In this document: positions 23,986 to 34,853 of the stretch, piece by piece
How the letters are laid out: every line of letters starts with the position of its first letter
How positions within the stretch are numbered: the stretch's first letter is position 1
Assembly: GCA_024679065.1 (NCBI GenBank)
Contig: JAGIQG010000003.1
Location: 35,588,001 to 35,652,000 of the forward strand
Direction: 5' to 3'
Length of the DNA: 64,000 bases
Source: Sphyrna mokarran
Lineage: Eukaryota
Program-made: the position numbers and the translations under genes
Notes under the pieces: generated by a model
The model's database searches: none
The model's input: the letters and a program-made list of their open reading frames with translations, nothing else
Told to the model about the DNA's origin: nothing

Positions 23986-26404
23986 ACTAGCACCCAACAT
24001 ATTATTTAAATTACCTCTAATCAGTTTTTGTAACATTTTGAATAAACAATTTTCTGTGAATAGAGGTGTTATGTGTCCATGACAATTCACAATGTAATAT
24101 TGTGTGATTGACTTCTGAGAACACAGATTGACATTTGAGGTTGCTGGTTCAGACAAACTAAAATAACTGTGAAGATTTGTTTTCTAAGATGTGATTATAG
24201 ATGTCTAGGCTGCTAGATTTACTAAGTAGTTAATAGCTGTTAAAGGTCAGAGGTCCCATCAAGTTTAGTCATGTCAATATAAAAACCAAAGCTGTTTTTT
24301 TCTTTTAAGTAGCTGGACCCTCTCAGGACTCTGAATTTAAGCTTGCTGAAGGTGAAGGTATTTTTTAAAGGTGAGATTGCATTATTGCTTGACCGACTGA
24401 ACATTACTGCAGCTGACAATATGCATAACCACTGTTTGGGGACAAATTGTAAGTTAATTTAGTTCTTTCTGATCAGCAAAACAATGTCAAAAAATCTAAT
24501 TAGATTTGTTTTCTGCTTTATGAGCTAATTTAAATTAAACAATTGTCATTGTGATCACACAGTGCAGCTAATTATGTTTTTCTCAAAAGAAAATGAGCTT
24601 GGAGTCGAGATACATTGTAATACTGATTCCAATCTACGTTTTGGATCAGAGAACTGAAGATGAAGAGGGGACAGCATGCAATGCTACTAAAATATTTGTA
24701 ACTGGATGAGTTACAATAAACAGGCTAAACTGCCACTTCTTGTTCTACTTCATACATCCTTATGTTTATCTTTCAGAGCTATTGCAAATGCATCTTAAGT
24801 AACTTGTGTGGTCGCAGTAATTACTTAATGCTGCAAGTTTCGAAAAAATTGGCAACCACAATCTGTTGAATAGGAATGTTTGTACGTATATATGAATTGA
24901 GGAGTTGCCTGACTAATTTACGAACACAGATTAGGCAAAGATAAACACAATTGAGGAAGGCGCCTTGATACATTTATTTTATCCAAACACCGTCTTTCTG
25001 GGACTTTCATATGAAAGAGTTTGTTTTTAAACATTTCAAAAATATTTATTGGAAGCAAAAATAAAGTGAAACTCAGGCTTTGCTTATGACGAGAATGTTT
25101 TGTTTTGTTCCATGGAAATACTGCCCATGTACGTCAGGCATACAAAAGTCATACGATGGATAAGGTGAGAAAATATATACATTGCACATGTGTTTTCAAT
25201 GCAGAAATGAAATTTATAATATTTGTCAGGCTGAATGATGAAAGGTCAGAGAAAGATTAATGATAATTTCACTCATTGCTCATTTTTTTTCTATTCAGAA
25301 GTTTCACACCTGTTCAAATATTCTTCCTCATATTGCTACTGACAGAGATAAAATGCTCTGTGTGGTATTCATCACCAGTTTATTTCACTTGTAGTTTAGT
25401 GCAGTCTTAATTCAAATATAATGCTGATTCAAGCAGAATTTCTATTGTGGCTAATTAGTTATATGTGTACCAGGATTTAGCTGTATTTAGTATTCTTTCT
25501 ATTTAATTCCCATTCTTGCAAACAATCCTTTCAATGAATAACTATAACTCTTGCCTTTTCCCATTTTTATTGACATATGCTGGAATATTTGATTTATTAC
25601 TTGACACTGAATAGTTAAGCCAAGTTGTTTTATGTCCTCATATGATTCCAAGTCACTTTGTAATTGTCCACTATTGTTCAAATGTTGGGGATCTTGGACT
25701 GAATTCTTACTCTGAAACTGCAAACAATGGCACTTGCAAGATTTGGTGGATAATTGAAAAAAAGAACAAATTTTTCATAATGTACACATTAGCAATTATA
25801 TATAGATAAAGGGGACATTTTCCTGGACATTTTCCAGCTGCACTGTATTGTATGGGCTGAATATCAGGAATTCAGCCAGGTTGAAACTTAGGCCTGTAAG
25901 GTAATTTATTCAATTTTCATCCTCAAATTAATTGAAATTGTAGAAAATTGAGCAGGCTTGGTTACAGCATTATATTCCCACTTGTCCAATACACCTGGGC
26001 CCAGATCCATGAAACTCTCTGCTCACAACTCTTCCTGTTCGCTGACTCAAATATAATATTTCAATTGAGAAACAATGTTTTCAAAGCAACTGACACCTCT
26101 TTTTTTATTTTGCATTGCTTCATGTTGAAATATTCCAAACTGTTTCACACAATTAATTACTTCAGTAGTGCAAGGGGTGTTATATAGATTGAAGCAGTAA
26201 CCATTTTCCATCTGCAATCTCCCACAAACAACGACGAGATGAAAGTGCAAATAGTCTGTTTTTAACAATATTACTTTTCCTGGATGTGATTCATAATCTT
26301 ATTTATACAGTGTTAAAGTGTCTTTAATAATTTTAAGAGACAGATCCTCTGCTGAACAAAAAGGGCAACTGTTCCATCAATGCCCAGTACCTTTAGCACT
26401 GCAA

Positions 26405-26500
26405 TATCAGATCACTAACTTGAAATGTTAACTTGGTTCCACCATCCATAAACATTGCCTGATCTGCTGAGTATTTCCAGCATTTTCTTTTTGATTTCCC
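26405..26500 (+). mobile_element. Penelope-like tail fragment
   Basis: tgaaatgttaactt...ttgcctgatctgctgagtatttccagcattttc, same family as 23856-23975. Confidence 0.6.
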
Positions 26501-26620
26501 TCATTATCGTACCAGAATGTCAGCCTAAGTTATCACCACAAAGTACTTATAAATTCTGAGAAGTTGTTTTATTGTTTTCATTGTGTCAGTCAACGATCTA
26601 TTTGTGTAAATTGTCCTTAC

Positions 26621-26685
26621 CCCTGAATCTGGGTGTGCAGTCCATCCCAACTCAGCAGTTGCCCATCTCGAATCCATAAGAGTCT
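26621..26685 (-). CDS. EPHB3: EphB3 coding exon 2 (start of ephrin ligand-binding domain)
   Basis: ttttggtccacag|AGACTCTTATGGAT...TCAGGG|gtaagg. The exon is 65 bp, encodes (E)TLMDSRWATAELGWTAHPDSG, and has phase 1 in and phase 0 out, as in EphB genes. Confidence 0.95.
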
Positions 26686-27345
26686 CTGTGGACCAAAATG
26701 GAGGCATTATCAATGTAGGATCTAATAATGAAAAAAACTGTAGTGCAATACTAAGATGAGTCACAGTAACTCATGTATTCCCAAAGCTCAAAGAATAAAT
26801 CAGAGCCAACTTTCCCCTGCATTTATAACCCGAATTTCCCATCCATGCATGGAGAAATGAACTGTGCAAAGGGTACGTTTATGCCTTTTGAATCAAATGT
26901 TTTGCGCTTTATCTACAGAATTTTTGATTTATGCAAAATACAACCTGAGGGTCTCAGCACATAAATCAGCACTTTAAAAGACAAAGGTTAAGGAAACCAG
27001 GGGCACAAATTGCTTGGGAGGGAGGACAGGGTCAAAAGCACAGAAGGGTTTTAAAATGGATCAGGATAATTCACATTAAAGATGCCCTACAGCAGAAAGC
27101 GACTGTTACAAATCAGTGAAACAGGAACGATTTCTGTAGCCATCTATGATGAAGGCCAGCTGCTCTGCAACTTGACTGTTATAAAGGGCTATTTTTGAAT
27201 TAAATCTGTGTAGATAAATAGATTTCTGAAAATACACTTCAAGCATAAACAGCTAGTTTTGATCCATACAGAAGACATGGCAGATGGAAAGAGGACAAGT
27301 GAGAAGGGATGAGGTAAAGGCAAGTTTATCAAGCTGTAAAGGCAC

Positions 27346-27490
27346 GGGGCTAGCATTAAGATCTTCCACTCTCGCCCACAGTGGGAATCGTCGCGGGAGG
27401 GAACGGACAATTTAACAGACCATTAAAAGGTCCGTTGACCTCGGCTGGGAATTTCTGGTTCCTATCAAGTGGGACCAGAAAGTTCAGTCC
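27346..27490 (-). mobile_element. Short MITE
   Basis: Reverse-orientation relative of 10706-10832 (ggtccgttgacctcggctgggaattt versus aaattcccgcccaaggtcaacgggcc). Confidence 0.55.
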
Positions 27491-28409
27491 ATGATAACTA
27501 ATAATCCATTGGAGCTCGTTTTGAGGTTATTGGTATTTACTCCACACATGCAAAAATGAATCTAACTTAGAAATTAAAGGAACAAAATCATCAAAATTTG
27601 CCTATGGCATCAATTTGAAATAATGGGAAACTATGACCAGGACTATGAAAGATCAAAGGGACCAGTATAGGCAGCAGGATGGGCAGATACTGACAGAGAT
27701 AATCTAATTCAGTGAAAAAAAAATTATAAGGAATAGGAGTGTCCTGTCAATTGTAAGATTTTTAAAAGGGTAATGAAACCTTGGTACACAGATGCACTGG
27801 GTGCAGATTTGTGCCCATATCTGCCACGAGTGCAGATGGCAATGCAGCAGAAAACCTCACAGGAATCAGGAAATGGGATCCTCTCTGGCGAGATCTCAAT
27901 TTCTGATTTTTCCACCCCTCGCTGGTATTATAACAAGGTTCGGCCCTTTTGTTCAATACATAAGATTAATGTGTGCTTTCCCACCACATCATCCTCCTAG
28001 AATTTTCGACATGACAGTTTGCAACTGTTTTTTTAAAAATATTAAGTAGTCAAGGGGAAACCCACCAAAGGCACACAACTAAGTCTAGCTCCTGGAAGGG
28101 AGAGGCACATGCTGCCCCAGTGCCCTGGCACTGCCCCCCTGGTATTTTTCTAAGCTCAGATCAGGGCACTGATCCGATCTCTGTGAAGCTGGCCTTGGCA
28201 GCTCTATCTGGCCCTGACCCACCACCACCATGACATGGGCAATGCTTCCAAATTTTTTTGTGCACAAAGTGCCAGATTATCTGGAAGAGAACTCGACTGT
28301 GCAGCTGGAGAGCTGCACGCTGGTTTTCCTGCCTCAGCCAACACTCTGTGCGCAGAGTGGAAAATGCTGCCCATGGGTTATAATAGGAGGCAACATAAAT
28401 AGAAGTGAA

Positions 28410-28612
28410 ACTAAATGTCACCACAGCCCCACAATCTGCTCTCCCCTTTCAGAGAGAGAGCTGACAGAGTCACCACACCCCAGGTGAGGGGCACAGTTGA
28501 GAAAGTGCAATCTTCATGATAACCTCAACTGGCACAGGAATTGGACCTGCTTTGCTGGCATCCCTCTGCATCACTAACTAGCTGTCCAGCCAATTGAGTT
28601 AACTGACCCCCT
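28410..28612 (-). mobile_element. tRNA-derived SINE (a different family from HE1)
   Basis: Minus strand begins gggggtcagttaactcaattggctggacagc...ggtccaattcc, with A-box-like and B-box-like motifs. Confidence 0.6.
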
Positions 28613-28639
28613 TAACACAAGCAGATAAGGCCATCAAAA

Positions 28640-29085
28640 GCATGTTAACTTATTTCTATTGTATCAACAGGCGCATAAAGAGCAAAGTAATAAGTAAAAG
28701 CAAATAAGATTAAGCCTCATTTACATTTCAGTTTAATACTTGTCAGCTGGCAGTTGCAGAAAGCACACAAAAGCATTAAGAAAGTAAAATATACCTTCAC
28801 TAAGGTGTTATCAGGCATTAGGGATTAGTTATGAAGGAAAATTTGAGAAGTTTGAGTGTTTAAGTGGAACTAAATGGATTAAAGGTCTTCAAAATATTGA
28901 AAGTTAAGTTTATATTGATCAATGAAACATTGATAAGAGAACAGAATTTTAAGACAGAAAATATGATTTTATTTCAAAAAAAGGAAAGCCAGAAAAACAT
29001 TCTTCATATAGATGATGGTTGGAATATGAGATTCATTGCTATAAATCTTTGCTGAAGTGATGTTCACAATTTTTTATAAAGGTAA
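28640..29085 (+). mobile_element. Old CR1 LINE 3' fragment
   Basis: Decayed ttcactaaggtgttatcaggcattagggattagttatgaaggaa...gtcttcaaaatattgaaag, resembling the FTRMIPGMR.FSYEERL...VFKIMKG region. Confidence 0.45.
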
Positions 29086-29109
29086 TAACATTGTTGTTTT
29101 TAAGGAAGG

Positions 29110-29505
29110 AATTTGTGTTTACATAGCAATGTTTACATCCTCAGGGGACCTGAAAGTATTTCACAACCTATGGATTAGTGATGAAGGACATGGATGATAA
29201 ATCGACATAAGTGGCAGCCAAATCACACACATAACCAACAAACTGGCCAGTTTATCTGCTTTTCCATGATGTTGGTTAAGGGAGTAATATTGGCAGCACA
29301 TCAGGAAAATTCCTGCTCTTATTCAAATTGTATTGTGGGATATTTTGCAGTGGCCCTACAAGTCATAGAATCCTCAACATTGACAGCTGTGAGGAGGCCA
29401 TTCTGCCAGATGATGTGTTCTCTCATTCAAAAGGTAGCCTTTCCAACAATGAAATGTTGGGGTCTAGGTTATATGCTCATGTCTATAATGCTTCTTGAAC
29501 TGCTT
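29110..29505 (-). mobile_element. Deu-domain SINE (SacSINE1-like)
   Basis: Reverse complement of 40600-40952 (gatgttggttaagggagtaatattggcagcacatcagg). Confidence 0.65.
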
Positions 29506-29511
29506 ACTTAC

Positions 29512-29665
29512 TTTGAATCAGAAATAGATATGTTTTTGATCAGTAAGGGCATCAAAGATCACTGGGAAAAGGCAAGAAATTGGGGCTGAGAAATATCAGC
29601 CACGATCAAATGGTAGAGCAGACCCGACAGGCTGAATTACCTAATTCTTATACGTTATGGTCTAC
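29512..29665 (+). mobile_element. CR1 3' end
   Basis: gaaatagatatgtttttgatcagtaagggcatcaa...atcagccacgatcaaatggtagagcagac...gctgaattacctaattct. Confidence 0.7.
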
Positions 29666-29814
29666 TGACTTGCAGGCAACACTACTACTAATTGAGTGAA
29701 GTTGCAAAAAGAAAATTAAAGAGTATAAAACTGAATAGGTCATGTATCAAATCAGGTGGCCAAAGGAACAAAAACACCAGGGCAGGTTCAAATGGTCTTA
29801 TTCTATCCTGAAAC

Positions 29815-29947
29815 ATTAAGATAGAGATAAATAGGTTCTTGATTAATAAGGGGATCACGGGGTGTAGGGAAAAGTAAGGAGAATGGGGATGAGAAAATAT
29901 CAGCCATGATTTGATGGGCCGAATTCTGCTCCTATGTCTTATGTTTT
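29815..29947 (+). mobile_element. CR1 3' end
   Basis: gagataaataggttcttgattaataagggg...atcagccatgat...gggccgaattctgctcctatgtcttatg. Confidence 0.7.
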
Positions 29948-31727
29948 AAACATTGTGTGATCCAAAATTATAGAATGTTCTATAGAAAATTGTGCAGCCA
30001 CACTGATTTCAAAACATTCATTTTTATTTCCTGCTTTACATCATTGACAAGCCTTAGTTCATGCTGGAATTAAACATTTTTCTGATGTTATTTCATCTGA
30101 CAGTGAAAAGTACATCATTACTGGTCCACTCCTGGCTTTAAGATCACAGGTAATTGTACTAATAGGCGATTGAGCGATAGCTGAACACCAATGAATAGGG
30201 AGGACAAACATTCAAATATTAACAAATGCACTTGTCTAATTAATGTGGATTGTAACTCACAAAAAGCCTTTGCCTAATTTGTTTGTTGCCTAAACAAATC
30301 AATTAGTGCCATAATTAGATGTAAATCGACAGGAGCTCTTGGTCAGTGGGATCAAGTGACATGCCAATGTAAGCAAATTTGAGAACATCAGGCTGCTGCT
30401 GCTTGTTTGCTCAGCATTTGCTCAAACAATACAGATAATATAAAAAAAAGGGTGACAGAAGATAAATGATTCTGGTTTGTTCCAGTGAATTTAAAGTAGA
30501 TAAATAATATTGCTATTAAAGTCAGCTTTAACATCCACAGCATCTGCATTTTCTTCACAGCCATAAACATTAAGCTGCCTTTGTGGGTGATGTACTGTGT
30601 TGTTTAATATGAGGCATAATGTGACAGACAAAAGAAACCCCTACAGGGTTTTTTGATGTCCTAAAATTGGCTCTTGATATTGGCCTCCCTTGGTTTAAAT
30701 CTTTTACATAAATGGACAAGAATAAATCAAACTAATAAACACCAGTGCTCTTAAAGTATGCAACAATTAATTGCGAGATTGAAAGTTTGCCTGTCTGGAC
30801 TATTTCCTTTCAAATACTTAAAGAAAAAAATCAAATTCCTAATGATGAATAGTAAAAAGCAGAAATAAGTAGACTACAGAACATGCTTTAACTCACAGCA
30901 TTATTGAAATAAAATGGAAACATTCATCATGTTAAAACATTCAAGCATAGAAATGACTGATCAATACTTATAGCTTTTTTGGTTTTAACTTGACAGTGAT
31001 CTATGTCATTGCTACAGTATGATCTGTGATTTAAAATGTATTATGAAGCAGACCCATTCCATTTTTTTTTACAAATCACAAGGTCAAGGTATCAGTACAA
31101 ATAATCACAGTTGCAGAATCATTTGGTCGCTATCCACTTTTAGTTACTTATATCAAATTGATCTATAGAATTTGAAGCTGCGTGCCTGACAATTTTTTTC
31201 CTCAGAATCAATAACCCTCACCCTCAAGAGAAGTAGCTGTTGCACAAATCACAATCCAAAACCATTTACTTCTTGAAATATTGAACTGGAAAGTTAGCCG
31301 AATGGAATTTAAAGTAATCTTTTTTTTATTTCTATGCTGCTATAGACCAGCATGTCAATCACAAAGTCATTTCACCCTATATTGGGAGATCAGAACAAGT
31401 AAGAATAAGTTTAAAAACTGAATATAGGTTGCAGATACTGGGTGTCTCTCCAGCTTTCTTTGTCTCAAGTGAAAAGGAGAGTTTAAAGGCGAAAGGAGAT
31501 CATGATTTCTGGCAAAAAACATGTTGATCTCCAATAATATCCATGCCAACAAAAAATATTGATATGTTGACTTTAGCTAATAGCATACTTGGTTAATCTT
31601 TAGAAATAATTCAGCCTCAACTACAAATTGTATGGCTTTGGAATGAATTTCGAAACTTTAACAAAGGCCATAACTCAGAAAAACATCTGCACGTTTGGAT
31701 TTTACTGTATCACATGGAATAACTAAT

Positions 31728-32048
31728 CAAAGAACAATACAGCATAAGAACAGGTCCTCCGACCCACCAAGCCTAGGCTGAAACATGGTTTCTATTATTC
31801 TGTTCGCCTCCTGTTTAAGTGTCTATCAAAATACACTTTGAACATTGCTAATGTGCCTTCTTCCACCAGCTGAATGGGCAGTGTGTTCCAGGCACCCACT
31901 TCTCTCTGTGTGAAAAACTTTCCCTGCATGCCTCCCTTAAACTTACCATCTCACCTTAAACATGTGTTCCCTTGTTCTCAACCCTTCCACCCTGGGAAAA
32001 ATCTCTGACTATCCATGCCATCACTGCTTCTCACAATTTTGCAGACTA
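31728..32048 (-). mobile_element. CR1/HER1 3' end
   Basis: Colinear with 16772-17070 (ttccaggcacccacttctctctgtgtgaaaaac...ccttccaccctgggaaaa). Confidence 0.75.
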
Positions 32049-32061
32049 ATTTTCTAGACTA

Positions 32062-32369
32062 ATCATACAATCCTACAGTGCAGGAGGCCATTTGGCCCAT
32101 CAAGTCTGCACCGACCACAATCACACCCAGGCCCTATCCCCATAACCCATGCATTTACCCAAGCTGGTCTCCCGACAGTAAGGGATAATTTAACATGGCC
32201 ATTCCATCTAACCTGCACATCTTTGGACTGTGGGAGGGAACCAGAGCACATGGAGAAGAGCAACTGGGAGAATATGCAAACTCCATACAGATGGTCATCT
32301 GAAGCCAAAGCTGAACCCAGCACCCAATGTGCTGTGAGGCAGCAGCGCTAATCACTGTGCCACCGTGCC
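32062..32369 (-). mobile_element. HE1-type V-SINE, full length
   Basis: Tail atcctacagtgcaggaggccatttggccc through to head cagcgctaatcactgtgccaccgtgcc. Confidence 0.88.
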
Positions 32370-33239
32370 AGAATCAGAATGATGCTCTTGCTGATGGCAT
32401 TCATTACTAAAGAGGATGACTATTTTTGGCAATGGTTAAGAGGGGAAGAAAATGGAATTGGAGAAGTGGTTGTAGATTCCCATTGATGCCAGAAACCTGT
32501 AATTGTAATGCACAAAATCATACCCTGCTTTTAATTGTTGTTTTACAATTCAACTCAGCAGACCTACAATGTTTTTGTGAAGTGATATAGCAATGCCTCT
32601 GACAGTCTTCTCATTTCTTATTCCTGAGATGTAAATTCAATTTGTTGTTATATTGATATCGACACCACTCACTCAGAAGAGATTGTGAAAATGGATTCAT
32701 TTATTTAGTGTAGACACATGGGAACATTTATACAAAGGGAAGCAATTTGAAGCAGCAGATGTGTGTCTGTGCTCTGTTCAAAAGCAAAATTGAAACTAAG
32801 ACTGAATCACATGACACTACCTTTCTAGTGACATCACACTGCTTTTCCCTTCAGGGCAAAGTACAGTACCCTCCTTTTTTTGTAAGCACATTGCCTCTCT
32901 CATAGACGAATAACTATTTGCAATACATGTTCATGTTTAGTTACCATTACGTAAGTGTAGAGAGCTGATAAATTAATGAATTTCTAAAGCCTGGAGGTAA
33001 TCTGCTGATGCACTGAGATCTTGTAACAGTTTTTTGTAAGTTTTTTTAAATTACTCTTAGTGATCTGTGGGATTATCATTCTTGGATATTGATCCTGGAT
33101 GCATCTGGTTTCTTGTCCAAAATGCATTCAAACTGTATACCAGTTAAAGAGCTGGAATGCATCTGATTTCTCCGTGCTTATGACTCAACGTTGCACCTTT
33201 GTGTGTATTGACATTATAGCAACGTGGTTTTTTTTATAT

Positions 33240-33553
33240 AGAGATTAGAGCAACACAGCACGGGAAACAGGCCCTTCGGCCCAACAAGCCCGCGCCACCG
33301 TCATAACTATATAGTAGCAATTCCATTATCCTATTCTAATTTTAGGTTATTCCTAATATGGAAGAATCTCAATGTAGGGACAATTTGTTTCCCAATCAGC
33401 CTAAGAGCGAATTTTTGGGATGTGGGAGGAAACCGGAGCGCCCGGAGAAAACCCACGCAACCACGGGGAGAACACGCAAACTCCCGCAGACACCGGCCCA
33501 ATTCCAAGTGTCTGCACAGCTACAGCGATAGTCACTGAGCTGTCATGGTGCCC
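33240..33553 (-). mobile_element. Divergent CpG-rich V-SINE nested in the Gypsy element
   Basis: V-domain gggatgtgggaggaaaccggagcgcccggagaaaacccacgc with intact CpGs, and CR1-type tail aacaggcccttcggcccaac. Confidence 0.75.
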
Positions 33554-34697
33554 TTCAGATGGTCCAGATAAAGCACTCATTTACGACATGAAGCACCAGG
33601 CAACCCATGAATCAACATCCAAGAGCTGTCCTCGCACCACCTGCCGAATGCATGCTCCTTGTTGGTCAAGTTGGACCGAATTACCTGTGGAAAAAAAGCC
33701 ATAGTTAAACAGTCCTACTATATCCCTCTATCTGCATACTCCATCAGAACATGGTTCTGAACAAATCATTGTCACCACAGCTGGTACCCTCATATTTTCT
33801 GTGGAATCTTGGCTGCAAATTTGTTGTCCCAACTATAGCTTTGGCAATTCTGTACCCATATTTTTACTCTTGGCTATCTTCATTTGCAGATTGAAATGTT
33901 GTTTTCTAGCTTCTGGAGAGAGTAGAATGTTTATGTGTACGTAAACTGTTTCACACTGGTCTGCCAAACATGAGCTTTGCTGGTGATGGAATACTGCCAC
34001 TTAAAGGTACTGCTCTCAGATGTAACACTGCAATGTGTAGATCGTGCTTATTCTATATACATTCGAGAATTAGGAATTTCACCACGTGTATCATTCTTTC
34101 AATTTGGCCATTAGATCTAGGATAATGAAAAGAAAACGTGGTGTGATTGATATTCCACTTCTGACACGTATCTTGAAATGGCTTCCCGATGAAACACGGA
34201 CCATTATCCGTAATTGTCTCTCTAGATATACTAAATAATCTGAAACTAGCACTTAGAGTGTGGAACAGTTGTATTTGATGTATTCTGTATTTTTTGAATA
34301 ATGGAATACTTGACAAAGCAGTTAATGATTAAGTCAGTACCATAGGCATAAAAGATTCCAGATGCGATTTTGAACCAATGATGGGAGAAACTTTATATGG
34401 AATCAATGGTGCTTTGTGCTGATTTGCCATATGCTCTTGACATGCCTCACACTTTTTTATTCCTACTTCAATGTCATCATTCATTCTTGGCCAACAGAAT
34501 GTCACTCCTGCAAGTCATCCTGTCTAATCTATTCCCATATGTGAGTGATGAAGTTTTTGAAGACTATCAGATTACAACGATTCTGGAATGATGATCTGGA
34601 TGCCTTTAAAAAATCTCCCTGGGAGATACTTACTCATCCTAGTAAGACCAGAACAGTTTCACATGTTTATGAATGTTATTATTCATTGAGTATCAAA

Positions 34698-34853
34698 CAT
34701 GTTCAAGATTGAGATAAACAGATTTTTAATCAGTAAGGGTTATGGGGATAAGGCGGGATAGTGGATTTGAGGATTATCATATCAGTTCAATCATTTTCTC
34801 ATTGAATGGCAGATGGGCTAAATGGCCTACTTGTATTCCTATTTTATGGTCCT
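34698..34853 (+). mobile_element. CR1 3' end nested in the Gypsy element
   Basis: gagataaacagatttttaatcagtaagg...attgaatggc...aaatggcctacttgtattcctattttatgg. Confidence 0.7.

Noticed and set aside
29194-29589. 131-aa ORF
   Set aside because: It spans an antisense Deu-SINE and a CR1 tail and is a chance open frame.
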